The notes: a model not told the origin generated them from the sequence alone. 64,000 nucleotides of DNA from Selenomonadaceae bacterium (GCA_051653465.1 JBOFWE010000068.1:20007-84006), one strand, 5' to 3'; shown: positions 42,008 to 52,395, numbered from the stretch's first letter. A program made the numbers and translations.

Positions 42008-42021
42008 ATAGACTGGTCTAT
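42008..42021. promoter_or_regulatory. Palindrome ATAGACTGGTCTAT, candidate TetR operator ahead of the radical-SAM cluster
   Basis: 6-2-6 inverted repeat nested in an outer TTTATCT...AGATAAA repeat (42001-42037), about 40 nt upstream of the first radical-SAM gene. Confidence 0.35.
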
Positions 42022-42063
42022 TTATAAAACAGATAAAACCTAGGAGTAGGAGACGATCGATTG

Positions 42064-43179
42064 ATGAGCGAATTACAGGCGGCGGAAAAAGCCGCTGCAG
42101 GCATCCGGCTTTCTTTAGCAGAGGCCAGGGAGCTATATGAAACGGCGGATTTATTGGATCTGGCTGTCTGGGCCAGACTGGCAAAAGAACGTAAAAGCGG
42201 ACGTGACGTATATTATAATGTTAACCGCCAGATCAATCTGAGCAATATTTGTACAGCAGGATGTCCGTTATGTGCATTTTCCTGTACCGGTGAAGCGCGG
42301 CAGGCTTTTGTCCTCGAACCGGAGGATGTGCGCCGGTTGATTGAGCAGACAGCAGCAACAACAAAAGGGTTGAGCGAAATTCATATGGTCAGTGCCTTGC
42401 ACCCGGAGAAGGATTTTTCTTATTATGTGGAGATTGTCCGGCTGGTCAAGGAGCTGTTGCCGCAAGTACATTTAAAAGCCTTTACCCCGGTTGAAATTGT
42501 ACATTTTTCTGAGATCAGCGGACTTACGATTGAGCAGGTGCTTCGTACTTTGCAGGCGGCTGGTTTGGATTCTTTGCCTGGGGGCGGAGCGGAAATTCTT
42601 GATGATGAGGTCAGAAAAGTTATCTGTCCGCACAAGGCAACTACGGCCCAGTGGATAGAGACAATGAAGACTGCCCATAAGCTGGGGATTTTGACAAATG
42701 CGACTATGATGTATGGGCATGTGGAAAGCATTGACCAGCGGCTGCAGCATCTTTTTACTTTGCGTGATATTCAGGATGAAACGGGTGGCTTCCAGGCATA
42801 TGTGGCATTCCCCTTTCACCCGGATAATACGAAATTGTCTCATTTGCCGCGGACTGGTTCGTGGGAAGACCTGCGAATGATTGCCTTATCACGGCTGATT
42901 TTAGATAATTTTGATCATATCAAGGCATTTTGGATTATGCTGACGCAGCCTGTTGCCCAGCTCGCCTTGGCATTTGGGGCGGATGATCTTGATGGCACCG
43001 TAGAAGAAGAGAAAATCATTCACGCAGCCGGAGCAAAGACAAAGACGAGGATCAGCAAAGAAGATATTGAGGCGATGATCTGTGAGAGCGGATATACACC
43101 AGTTCAGCGTGATACGTTTTACCGTCCGGTAGAAGCTGGCGAATGGATGCGAAGGGAGGCCGAGGCAAATGTTAAGTGA
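42064..43179 (+). CDS. Radical SAM enzyme, CofH/MqnE/MqnC family (MqnE-like paralogue 1)
   Basis: NLSNICTAGCPLCAF (CxxxCxxC), SLPGGGAEIL and GFQAYVAFPFHP motifs. Confidence 0.7.
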   Translation: MSELQAAEKAAAGIRLSLAEARELYETADLLDLAVWARLAKERKSGRDVYYNVNRQINLSNICTAGCPLCAFSCTGEARQAFVLEPEDVRRLIEQTAATTKGLSEIHMVSALHPEKDFSYYVEIVRLVKELLPQVHLKAFTPVEIVHFSEISGLTIEQVLRTLQAAGLDSLPGGGAEILDDEVRKVICPHKATTAQWIETMKTAHKLGILTNATMMYGHVESIDQRLQHLFTLRDIQDETGGFQAYVAFPFHPDNTKLSHLPRTGSWEDLRMIALSRLILDNFDHIKAFWIMLTQPVAQLALAFGADDLDGTVEEEKIIHAAGAKTKTRISKEDIEAMICESGYTPVQRDTFYRPVEAGEWMRREAEANVK

Positions 43180-44191
43180 AAAAGAGGGACTGGAACTTTT
43201 GCAGCAGGAGGATATCCTCACGCTCGGACAGGCGGCAAATGAGCTGCGCCAAAAAATGCATCCGGGACGAGAGGTAACTTTTATTGTCGATCGCAACATT
43301 AATTACAGCAATGTTTGCGTCAATGAATGCCGCTTTTGTGCCTTTTTCCGCCCGCAGGGTCATAAAGACGCCTATGTCCTGCCACTGCCGGTTATTCTTG
43401 ATAAAATACAGGAAACCGTTGATGCTGGTGGGACGCAGGTTATGATTCAAGGGGGGCTTCATCCGGAGCTTGATCTGGATTACTATCTGTCAATGCTCAG
43501 AGCGATAAAAAAACGCTTTGTTATCAGCATTCACTCCTTTACGGCAACTGAAATCCTGTATTTTGCCCGACAGGCAGGCCGGTCCGTCCGCGACACCCTG
43601 CTGCTATTGCAAGATGCGGGTCTTGATTCTTTGCCGGGCGGCGGAGCAGAAATTCTTGTCGATCGTGTACGCAAACAGGTGAGCCCGAAGAAAATCATGA
43701 CGGATGACTGGCTGTATGTCATGGAATGTGCCCATAGTATTGGCATGGAAACAACGGCAACGATGGTGATTGGTCTTGGAGAAACGTTGGCGGAGCGAAT
43801 TGAGCATATGGAACGCATTCGTTCCCTGCAGGAAAAAACGGGCGGCTTCAGAGCCTTTATTACCTGGAGTTACCAGCCGGGAAATACACAGCTGGGGGGA
43901 CAAACCACATCTTCCTGGGATTATTTAAGAACTTTGGCACTTTCCCGCCTGTATATGGAAAACGTACAGCATATTCAGGGGTCCTGGGTTACCCAGGGCG
44001 AGCGGATTGGTCAGTTGACTTTGGCGTTTGGCGCCGATGATCTTGGCAGCATTATGCTGGAGGAAAATGTTGTCAGGGCTGCCGGGACGTCTTATGAGAT
44101 GTCGATTGATAAAATGGTACAGACAATTGAAGGCAGCGGCTTTCAGGCTGCTCAGCGAGATACAAAATACAAGGTGATCCGGAGGTTTTAA
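43169..44191 (+). CDS. Radical SAM enzyme, MqnC-like (cyclic dehypoxanthinyl-futalosine synthase type)
   Basis: DRNINYSNVCVNECRFCAFFR, SLPGGGAEIL and GFRAFITWSYQPGNT motifs. Overlaps the upstream gene. Confidence 0.7.
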   Translation: MLSEKEGLELLQQEDILTLGQAANELRQKMHPGREVTFIVDRNINYSNVCVNECRFCAFFRPQGHKDAYVLPLPVILDKIQETVDAGGTQVMIQGGLHPELDLDYYLSMLRAIKKRFVISIHSFTATEILYFARQAGRSVRDTLLLLQDAGLDSLPGGGAEILVDRVRKQVSPKKIMTDDWLYVMECAHSIGMETTATMVIGLGETLAERIEHMERIRSLQEKTGGFRAFITWSYQPGNTQLGGQTTSSWDYLRTLALSRLYMENVQHIQGSWVTQGERIGQLTLAFGADDLGSIMLEENVVRAAGTSYEMSIDKMVQTIEGSGFQAAQRDTKYKVIRRF

Positions 44192-44192
44192 T

Positions 44193-45044
44193 ATGACTAC
44201 AATAGAAAAAAAGGAAACACAGGCTATTCCCAAGGCCGCATTTGCCGTTATTGGCGGATCGGGAACCTTATCGAGTGATTTTCCGCTAGGGGCGCAAGCA
44301 GAAGATGTTACAATACTGGCCGATGGGTTGTTTTTTTCGACTCCGTATGGACAGAGCCCGGCCTTTCGCCTGTTTGAAGTGGCTGGTGAAAAAGTTTTGA
44401 CCTGTAAAATGCATGGCTGGCGTAGCGGAACAAGCCGGGCGGATGGTTCGAAACAGATTTTCTGGGTATTTCGCGAAGCTGGTGTCAAACGCATTTTTGC
44501 TGAAGGTGGCGTAGGGACGGTTAATCCGCTATTGGATATCCGTGATTTTCTGATACCGGATGATTATCTTGATCTTTCAGTACGGAAGGATGTTGGCCTT
44601 GACAGCCCCTACCTGCTGGTTATGCGTGATTCTCTTTGCCCGCAGATGCGTCAGGAGCTTATCGCGCAGACACGCAAGTTTTTCTCCGGCAGGATTTTTA
44701 CGCGCGGCATTTATGCCAATACGGATGGACGCCATTTTGAAAGTCCGGCTGAAATTGCCATGCTGAAGGGTCAGGCTGATATTGTTGGGCAGAGCATTTG
44801 CCCCGAGGTGTATCTTGCCCGTGAGATCGGGGCCTGCTATGCGGGATTGTACTACACGGTCAATTATGGTGAAGGCTTGGTGAAAAAATGGTCGCATCAG
44901 GATCTGGAAGATATTTTCTATAATGATGCCCCTATGATCAGCCGGATTATTTTGGCTGCCATCCGTAATCTTGCTGCTGCGGATAAAAACTGCGAGTGTG
45001 AGGATTTGCGCAAGGCTACCTTGCTAAAAGAAGTATATAAATAA
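44193..45044 (+). CDS. MTAP-family purine nucleoside phosphorylase-like protein
   Basis: FAVIGGSG N-terminus and IVGQSICPEVYLAREIG motif, as in MTA/6-oxopurine phosphorylases. Confidence 0.65.
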   Translation: MTTIEKKETQAIPKAAFAVIGGSGTLSSDFPLGAQAEDVTILADGLFFSTPYGQSPAFRLFEVAGEKVLTCKMHGWRSGTSRADGSKQIFWVFREAGVKRIFAEGGVGTVNPLLDIRDFLIPDDYLDLSVRKDVGLDSPYLLVMRDSLCPQMRQELIAQTRKFFSGRIFTRGIYANTDGRHFESPAEIAMLKGQADIVGQSICPEVYLAREIGACYAGLYYTVNYGEGLVKKWSHQDLEDIFYNDAPMISRIILAAIRNLAAADKNCECEDLRKATLLKEVYK

Positions 45045-45094
45045 ATAGGACGACTCTGGTCTTAAAACTGTACATAAGAAAGGTGCACGTATTC

Positions 45095-46177
45095 ATGAGT
45101 TTTCTCGATATTATTGAAAAAAAAGTTCGCAGCGGGCAGCGCTTGACCCGCGAAGACGGACTGGCTCTTTATGCGTCGGATGATCTGGCGCGCATCGGTG
45201 CTTTAGCTGATTTCGTTCGCGAAAAAATCAGTGGCCCCTATGTATATTACAATGTAAATTGTCATGTAAACCTGACAAATATCTGTGCCGCACGCTGTAA
45301 ATTTTGTGCTTTTGGCTGCGATGAAGACAGCCAACAGGCCTATGAGATGAGTGAGCAGCAGGTAAGGGAAAAGGTGACCCGAGCCTTGCAGGATCCGGAT
45401 CTAAGTGGACTTCATATTGTCAGCGGACTGCATCCGCATTGGTCGTTTGATCAGTATCTGCGTATTATCAAAATGCTCAAACGCGAATTCCCGGCCTTGC
45501 ATTTAAAGGGTTTTACCGGGGTGGAAATCAATCATTTTGTTAAGATTTCAGGAAAGTCTGTTCGCGAGGTCTTACAGGCTTTAATTGATGCCGGTGTAGA
45601 GGCTATTGCCGGTGGTGGAGCAGAAATATTATCGCCGCGCATTCGAGAACAGCTTTGCCCGAATAAAGCCAGTGCAGCGGATTGGCTGGAGGTTGCACGC
45701 ACTGCACATGAGCTTGGCTTAAAGACGAATGCCAGTATGTTGTACGGACATATCGAGACTACGGAGGAACGGATTGACCATTTGCTGACACTGCGGGATT
45801 TACAGGATGAAACCGGTGGGTTTCAGACCTTTATCTGTTTTCCTTTCCATCCGGGGAATACGGAATTGGGGAAAACTGTATCGCGGACATCGGTTTGGGA
45901 TGATCTTAAGACCATGGCGATATCGCGTCTAATGCTTGACAATATAAAAAATATCAAGGCATACTGGGTTATGCTGACGTTGCCGGTAGCTCAGCTGGCC
46001 CTGGGATTTGGTGCGAATGATATTGATGGCACGATTCAGGAAGAGAAAATCATGCATGCAGCTGGAGCAAAATCAAGTGTGTCTTTGAGCAAGGAGTCTC
46101 TAGTGGCGACAATCAAAGAGACTGGACGAGTTCCCGTAGAGTGTGACTGTAATTTCAACATCATCCGGACACTCTGA
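45095..46177 (+). CDS. Radical SAM enzyme, CofH/MqnE/MqnC family (MqnE-like paralogue 2)
   Basis: NLTNICAARCKFCAF, AIAGGGAEIL and GFQTFICFPFHPGNT motifs. Clearly paralogous to 42064..43179. ORF opens at GTG 45083. Confidence 0.7.
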   Translation: MSFLDIIEKKVRSGQRLTREDGLALYASDDLARIGALADFVREKISGPYVYYNVNCHVNLTNICAARCKFCAFGCDEDSQQAYEMSEQQVREKVTRALQDPDLSGLHIVSGLHPHWSFDQYLRIIKMLKREFPALHLKGFTGVEINHFVKISGKSVREVLQALIDAGVEAIAGGGAEILSPRIREQLCPNKASAADWLEVARTAHELGLKTNASMLYGHIETTEERIDHLLTLRDLQDETGGFQTFICFPFHPGNTELGKTVSRTSVWDDLKTMAISRLMLDNIKNIKAYWVMLTLPVAQLALGFGANDIDGTIQEEKIMHAAGAKSSVSLSKESLVATIKETGRVPVECDCNFNIIRTL

Positions 46178-46218
46178 TCGGTAAACTACGGGGCGGTAGC
46201 CCAGAAGGGAATAATAAT

Positions 46219-46410
46219 ATGGATGCAACAAAACGCAGTGATATAGCCATTGGGGCTCAGGTGCTTGTCGTGCAAAAACAGGACCAGCGGACCGGTAAAC
46301 TGACGGCTGGGGTTGTGAAACGACTGCTGACCAATTCACCGAATCATCCCCGCGGGATAAAGGTGATGCTTGAGAGCGGAATTGTCGGCCGAGTGCAAGA
46401 GATAAAATAA
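46219..46410 (+). CDS. YwbE family small protein
   Basis: GAQVLVVQKQDQRTGKLTAGVVKRLLTNSPNHPRGIKV pattern. Confidence 0.75.
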   Translation: MDATKRSDIAIGAQVLVVQKQDQRTGKLTAGVVKRLLTNSPNHPRGIKVMLESGIVGRVQEIK

Positions 46411-46636
46411 AGCGGCGATTAAGAGACTGCTATATACTGCTGCAATACAGAAACGTCCGCTTTTTGCGGGCGTTTTTATTTAGGGAAAACGCCTGTTATT
46501 TTTTTACTGCCAACAGGATATAGTGCGATTTGAATAGAATTATTTACAGTGAAACATATATGGGATTGGGGCAGAGAAATTATCTGCCGGGGACGTGGAT
46601 ATATGTCAAAATATAGAGCAAGAGAGTGTGTTTTTT

Positions 46637-49600
46637 ATGCGAAATTCTATTCGCCAACAATTGCCGCTGCTTATATCTTCTTTGATTTTACTGGCGTTGA
46701 CGATAACGATCGTTGGCAGCTACTTGCTAATTTCTGATGCCTATAAGGAAAAAATGAAGGAAAGCAACTCACTGATGGCAGCAAGTGTAGCGGCCAATAT
46801 TGAGCAGACCATGCAAAATGCCTATGCCGCTATTGAGTTTACAGCAGAATATCCAGGCATAATGGAGCTTGATCCGGACTCCCAGCAGAGCCTGATGCGG
46901 GAGGTTGCCGGACGTTTCCCGGCATTTCAGCTCGTAGCTATAAATAACCTTAAGGGAGATCAGCTGGCAAGGTCAAGCGGCCCCTTGGGAAACAGGGGGG
47001 AACGCTTTTGGTTTAAAAAGTTTATGGTCGAGCGTGAACCCTACATATCAAAAACCTATTATTCTCTGACATCTGGGAATCCAATTATTACGATTGTCCA
47101 TGGAATTTATAAAAATGGTCAGCTGGTCGGAGTTGTTGAAGGCGATATTGCAGTAAAGGAACTGCAACTGCTACTGGAGACTTTTAACACAAGGGCGGGA
47201 AGCTACGCCTATTTGCTGGGCGGCGAAGGAGAAGTGATTGCCCATCCAGAGTATGATAAAGGAAGTGACTTGTATAATTACAGGACGCTGAAGAAAAAGG
47301 CATTGCTATATGATAAAGATGGTAAAATGATCAGAGACCGAAAAAACAATGAGGTGACGGCTGAAAGTGATGTAGAGGTTTCAGCCTCGCTGCAGCGGAT
47401 TATTGACCAGGCTATGGCTGGAGTGACTGGCACGGGCGAGTACACCGATCTTGATGGTGAGGAAAATATTTGTGCGTATCAAAGCATCAATGTACCGGGA
47501 AAATCCGCTCCGTGGAATGTCATTGTCGTGCAGAAAAAGTATGCGGCTATGATGTTTATGGATAAGATTCTGGCCTACAATATTCTTGTGGGACTGGTTG
47601 TGATCATAGCCGCGGCTTTTCTGGCAGTGGCCTTTTCGCGAAAGGTGACAAAGCCCTTGCTGGATTTACTGGAAACAACAAACATGATCAAAAAGGGAAA
47701 TCTTGCGGTGCGTCTCAATACGAACTTTTCCAATGAATTCCGGCTGGTATTTACAAATTTTAATGAAATGATCGCTGAACTGCATCAGCATCGGGAGAAA
47801 TTGGAGGACCTTGTCGATAAGCGTACCGGAGAACTGGTAGCAGCAAATCAGGAAATGCTGGCAATGAATGAAACCCTGGAGGATACCAACCGGCGACTTT
47901 ATAATGAAAATGCAGCGCGGAGAAAAACACAGGAGGAACTTTTACTCAGCGAACGGCAATACAGTGCTATTACGAGTCTGATTATTCAGCAGCCGGATGA
48001 TCCGGAACGCCTGTTGGGAACTATATTCAACACGGCGCGTTCTTTAGTGGAAGCTGCAGCCGGTTTTATTGCATTGGTTGACGAAAAAGATAAATTGGTC
48101 GATGTTGTTCATGTTTGTGGTGGCCTTTATCAGGATGGGGAACGCATATCACTTGAGCAGGGGATGTTTGAAATTGTCTACCGCTCCAAGCAGCGCTTGT
48201 ATGTGGAAGATTATAAGCAGTTTGCGCAACGGATTGTCCGTGAGAGTCTGGAACGGGTCAGCAGTGTGATTATGATGCCGCTGGCGTATCAAGAAGAGGT
48301 TGTAGGTGTCTTTTGCCTGGCCTGGCTGGATCAGACGCATCTGGTAAATGAGGAACAACTTGATGCTTTGCAAAAATTCTCTGATCTGGCATCTGTCGCC
48401 CTTCATAATGCGAAAACCCGGGTTCGGATACAGGAATTGGCATATCGTGATGCCCTGACAGGGTTGCCTAATTGGGCAAGTCTCAGCATGAAGCTGGAGG
48501 AGGTCTTTACCTCAGGGACAGCTTCATGCCAGAAAGGGTGTCTGTTCTTTATTGATATGGATAATTTAAAGGAAGTCAATGACACGTATGGACATACCTC
48601 AGGCAACGATGTCATCAAAGCTGCCGCCAGCAATATCACAGTCGCTGTCGGGGCGGATGCCTTTATTGCCCGGCTCGGTGGCGATGAGTTCAGTGTTCTT
48701 GTATGTGATGTATATGATCGTAAACGGATTGCGGAAATTGCCCAACGCTTGTTGTTTAGGCTAAATCGCGACTATATGGTGGGCGAAAAGCTGGTTCGTT
48801 TGTCGGCAAGTATTGGGGTTGCGCTTTATCCGGAAAATGGCGAATCAGCGGAAGAATTACTTAAAAATGCTGATAATGCCATGTATGCGGCCAAAACTGC
48901 TGGGAAAAATTGTTGGCGCTTTTATACCGATCAGATGCAGGCAGCGGCCCAGGAGAAAATGGCCCTAATCAGCAGTCTGCATCATGTATTGGCAAAACAG
49001 GAGCTTAGTATTGTTTATCAGCCGATTGTTGAAATTTCTACCCGGCGGATTGTCAGCTTTGAGGCATTGCTGCGTTGGCAAAGCGCAGAATATGGAAACA
49101 TATCACCGGCCCGGTTTATTCCGCTGGCGGAAGAATGTGGTCTGATTTTGCCGATTGGGCGCTGGGTATTAGCTGAAGCGGCGCGATTCGCCCGCAGGCT
49201 GAGTGCCGTTGGCCGGGATAATGTTCGCATCGCCGTCAATATTTCGCCGCCCCAGCTTATGGAAGAGGATTTTGTTGATTATGTTGCCATCTGTATCGCT
49301 TCTACCGGTATACGGGCCGAACAGCTGGATCTTGAGATCACGGAAGGGGTTTTGATTGAAGCGATGGAGGAGAATGTGGCAAAACTTCGTCGCTTGCAGG
49401 AGATGGGAATCATGCTGTCGCTGGATGACTTTGGCACGGGCTATTCCTCACTCACGTATTTAAAGAGCTTACCGGTCGGGATATTGAAGATTGACAAGTC
49501 ATTTATTGATCGCATTTGTGATGATCAAATGCAGCTTGAACTGGTAGGGGCGATTATAAGCTTAGGTCATACGATGCAGCTCGAGGTTGTTGCCGAGGGC

Positions 49601-49726
49601 GTGGAAACGGCAGAACAGCTAGCCCTTTTGCAGGCACTTGACTGTGACCGTATGCAAGGCTATTTTTATAGTAAACCCGTAAGGGAAAATGAGGCCGTGG
49701 CGTTGCTCGATTCCGGAGAAGGCTGA
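46637..49726 (+). CDS. Multidomain c-di-GMP signalling protein: Cache-like sensor, HAMP, GAF, GGDEF, EAL
   Basis: TM, extracytoplasmic domain, TM, HAMP, coiled coil, GAF-like region. GGDEF (RLGGDEFSVLV). EAL (FEALLRW, DDFGTGYSSL, KIDKSFI). ORF opens at 46595. Confidence 0.85.
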   Translation: MRNSIRQQLPLLISSLILLALTITIVGSYLLISDAYKEKMKESNSLMAASVAANIEQTMQNAYAAIEFTAEYPGIMELDPDSQQSLMREVAGRFPAFQLVAINNLKGDQLARSSGPLGNRGERFWFKKFMVEREPYISKTYYSLTSGNPIITIVHGIYKNGQLVGVVEGDIAVKELQLLLETFNTRAGSYAYLLGGEGEVIAHPEYDKGSDLYNYRTLKKKALLYDKDGKMIRDRKNNEVTAESDVEVSASLQRIIDQAMAGVTGTGEYTDLDGEENICAYQSINVPGKSAPWNVIVVQKKYAAMMFMDKILAYNILVGLVVIIAAAFLAVAFSRKVTKPLLDLLETTNMIKKGNLAVRLNTNFSNEFRLVFTNFNEMIAELHQHREKLEDLVDKRTGELVAANQEMLAMNETLEDTNRRLYNENAARRKTQEELLLSERQYSAITSLIIQQPDDPERLLGTIFNTARSLVEAAAGFIALVDEKDKLVDVVHVCGGLYQDGERISLEQGMFEIVYRSKQRLYVEDYKQFAQRIVRESLERVSSVIMMPLAYQEEVVGVFCLAWLDQTHLVNEEQLDALQKFSDLASVALHNAKTRVRIQELAYRDALTGLPNWASLSMKLEEVFTSGTASCQKGCLFFIDMDNLKEVNDTYGHTSGNDVIKAAASNITVAVGADAFIARLGGDEFSVLVCDVYDRKRIAEIAQRLLFRLNRDYMVGEKLVRLSASIGVALYPENGESAEELLKNADNAMYAAKTAGKNCWRFYTDQMQAAAQEKMALISSLHHVLAKQELSIVYQPIVEISTRRIVSFEALLRWQSAEYGNISPARFIPLAEECGLILPIGRWVLAEAARFARRLSAVGRDNVRIAVNISPPQLMEEDFVDYVAICIASTGIRAEQLDLEITEGVLIEAMEENVAKLRRLQEMGIMLSLDDFGTGYSSLTYLKSLPVGILKIDKSFIDRICDDQMQLELVGAIISLGHTMQLEVVAEGVETAEQLALLQALDCDRMQGYFYSKPVRENEAVALLDSGEG

Positions 49727-49796
49727 TGAGATGTGTTGCCAGCCAGAGGGAGTTGGAATATAATATAGCAAAGAGAATGCGCAGAAAAGAGGGACG

Positions 49797-50231
49797 ATGA
49801 TGAAAGAGCATATTATGCTGGCTTATGATGGGTCACCCTGCAGTCGCAGAGCATTGGAAAAAGCACTGGAAATGCAGCAGGATTTAGCGGGAACACTGGA
49901 TATTGTAACGGTGATTCCATCCCTTGGTACACAGTTTATACAGGATAGCTATCCCTTGGATATACCTGCAATGTCACCTGATCAGAAAGCTGCCGTGGTG
50001 GAAAAACTTGATCAGCTGAAGGCAGAATGTGCCGGAGGCGGGCATGAGGTCAGTACGTATGTTTTGGAGGGCGATGTCGTGTCACGGTTGCTTACGCATG
50101 CCAGTGAACAGGCGGCGGATTTAATTCTTGTCGGCACAAGAGGTCGTGGCGGGTTTGAAGGACTGTTGCTGGGCAGTGTGGCCTTGAAGCTTGTCACACA
50201 TGCGAAAATACCGGTAGTTGTGATCAAATAA
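49797..50231 (+). CDS. Universal stress protein (UspA family)
   Basis: C-terminal LVGTRGRGGFEGLLLGSVALKLVTHAKIPVVVIK. Confidence 0.85.
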   Translation: MMKEHIMLAYDGSPCSRRALEKALEMQQDLAGTLDIVTVIPSLGTQFIQDSYPLDIPAMSPDQKAAVVEKLDQLKAECAGGGHEVSTYVLEGDVVSRLLTHASEQAADLILVGTRGRGGFEGLLLGSVALKLVTHAKIPVVVIK

Positions 50232-50540
50232 GCCATATGAGAAAAAACGTTTCATATAGACTATAAAGTATAGAACTGTTTCTGATTCGCCTGGACGAAA
50301 AACGTTTAGGCGAATTTTTTTAGCAGAAAGGGGTGTGGATAAGCCTAAGAATCTCTACGGGAACCTTGCAAAAAAGTGATTCAGAATAGATAGTTGCTAA
50401 AAACTATTTTTCGAGAAGGTAGAATAATATATATAACGTTTTTTAAAAATATAGTATAATATAGACAGGCTATACCTATGCGGATAACCAAAATATCTCA
50501 AACAAAAACGATTCTACTTTATTAGTTGGGGTGGAGAATT

Positions 50541-51605
50541 TTGAGATTAATTAATATAGAACAAGTAACAGATGATATGTGTTTGGCGAAGCCGATATAT
50601 CAGCGCGATGGGTCAAACATTTTATTGAATACAGGCTGTAGTAATTTAACTTTTTATAAGGACAAATTAAGTGATTTAGGAGTACATTATATTTATGTGG
50701 AGGATGAGTACTCCGCGGGTATTGAAATTAATGATGTAATTACCGATATAACAAGAATTAACAGCAAACGGATTGTCTGTGATGTTTTGGATAGCATAAC
50801 AAAGGGGCGGGATATCAATATTCAGCAGGTAAAAAATGCTGTGGAAAATATGATTGAGGAGATTCTGCAAAATAGCAACGTACTGATAGGATTGTCTGAT
50901 GTCAGGACCAATGATGAATATACCTTTTCCCATTCGGTCAACGTGGCTGTATTGGCTCTGGTACTGGGCAATGCGCTTGGTTATGACAAAAGCCAGTTAC
51001 AAAAATTGGGCGTGGGGGCTTTACTGCATGACATTGGCAAGGCCAAAATACCCAATGAAATTCTCAATAAACCAGGCCGGCTGACGCGGGAAGAATGCCG
51101 AGTGATAAAGGAACATTCACAGCTCGGCTTTGATGCAGTGAAAAATGACTGGGAACTGAGCCCGCTGTCACGGACGATTATTCTGTCTCATCATGAAAAG
51201 GTCGATGGTTCAGGCTATCCAAGGGCGGTAAAAGGCGATGAAATCCATGAATTTGCTAAAATTGTGGCGATTTGTGATGTATTTGATGCCTTAACGGCCG
51301 ATCGTTGCTATAGCCCTAAATGGCCTGTATACCAGGCAATTGAATATCTGCAGGCCTATGCTGGTACACAGTTTGATGAGATGCTTTCGGAAAAATTTAT
51401 TGAACACATTGCGGCCTATCCTAATGGTGCTTTTGTGAAACTCAGTGATTTGCGACGAGGCATTGTGTTTGCTCAGAATCTGAGCAAACCGACAAGACCG
51501 GTTATCAGGATTCTCGAAGAAAACAAGAAGAAGCTAAAAGCCGATGACTGCTATCTGGTGGATTTAATGAATGAGATTGATGTTGTCATTGCCGAATCAG
51601 AATAA
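50541..51605 (+). CDS. HD-GYP domain c-di-GMP phosphodiesterase-type protein
   Basis: HDIGK and HHEKVDGSGYP motifs. TTG 50541 after ggtggag (ORF opens at 50526). Confidence 0.85.
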   Translation: MRLINIEQVTDDMCLAKPIYQRDGSNILLNTGCSNLTFYKDKLSDLGVHYIYVEDEYSAGIEINDVITDITRINSKRIVCDVLDSITKGRDINIQQVKNAVENMIEEILQNSNVLIGLSDVRTNDEYTFSHSVNVAVLALVLGNALGYDKSQLQKLGVGALLHDIGKAKIPNEILNKPGRLTREECRVIKEHSQLGFDAVKNDWELSPLSRTIILSHHEKVDGSGYPRAVKGDEIHEFAKIVAICDVFDALTADRCYSPKWPVYQAIEYLQAYAGTQFDEMLSEKFIEHIAAYPNGAFVKLSDLRRGIVFAQNLSKPTRPVIRILEENKKKLKADDCYLVDLMNEIDVVIAESE

Positions 51606-51703
51606 TGGGTCGGCGAGTACACTTTTAGCTAAAATATGTGGAGCAGATAATTCTCTTTGGAAGTTTACAGTAAAAGCGATCGATAAAGAGGAGGAAGATA
51701 AAT

Positions 51704-51982
51704 ATGTCAATTCTTGATCTTATTGAAAGCAGCCGGCAAAATCGCAGGCAGGCGCAGCAGCGACAGGCAGTAAAATATTTTGCTGTTGGTGCTGCGGCGG
51801 GGATTTTCTTAGGGGCCGCAGCAGCGGCTTTGCTGGTACCCAAAAATGGGCAGGAAAACAGAGAAGAATTTTCACGCAAGGCAAGGGAAATTGTGGAAAA
51901 AGCAAAAGCAGCGGTTGAAGAAAAAACAGCCAAGCATAAACCGGAAAATGGCAGCGCAGAGGATATGGATGCGGTCTGCTAA
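51704..51982 (+). CDS. YtxH-domain protein
   Basis: Gly/Ala-rich helix GAAAGIFLGAAAAALLVPKNGQENREE followed by a charged helix. Confidence 0.65.
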   Translation: MSILDLIESSRQNRRQAQQRQAVKYFAVGAAAGIFLGAAAAALLVPKNGQENREEFSRKAREIVEKAKAAVEEKTAKHKPENGSAEDMDAVC

Positions 51983-52029
51983 GCAAGGCCGGTTGGTATT
52001 GCTACAGGTCAATGGAGGAGTTGAAGCCA

Positions 52030-52395
52030 ATGTATATATCTTTTGCCGAGGCTGGTTTGTTTGTTTTATTTGTGCTGGCTGTAATTATTGGTGTTTACAT
52101 GATTGTTGTGCTGCATAAAGCAGCAAAAACTTTAAACCAGGTGCAGGGGATTTTGACACAGCAAGAACCACAGCTTACAAAAACGATGACTGTGCTGCCG
52201 CTCCTGCTGGAAAATATCAATGAGATAGTTCTGGAACTAAAGTCAATCACAGGCGTTGCGGCAGAGCTTGAAACGGCTGTAGCGAGCCAATTTCTGAGCA
52301 CAGTTGAGAACTTGCAGCAGAGCCTGCAGGCTTTTGGCAGCCTTACCGGAATCTTTTTCGATATGATTAAGGCCATTTTTGGCAAAAAGGATTAA
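52030..52395 (+). CDS. DUF948-like membrane-anchored protein
   Basis: Single N-terminal TM helix then a helical region. Usual partner of YtxH genes. ORF opens at 52012. Confidence 0.5.
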   Translation: MYISFAEAGLFVLFVLAVIIGVYMIVVLHKAAKTLNQVQGILTQQEPQLTKTMTVLPLLLENINEIVLELKSITGVAAELETAVASQFLSTVENLQQSLQAFGSLTGIFFDMIKAIFGKKD

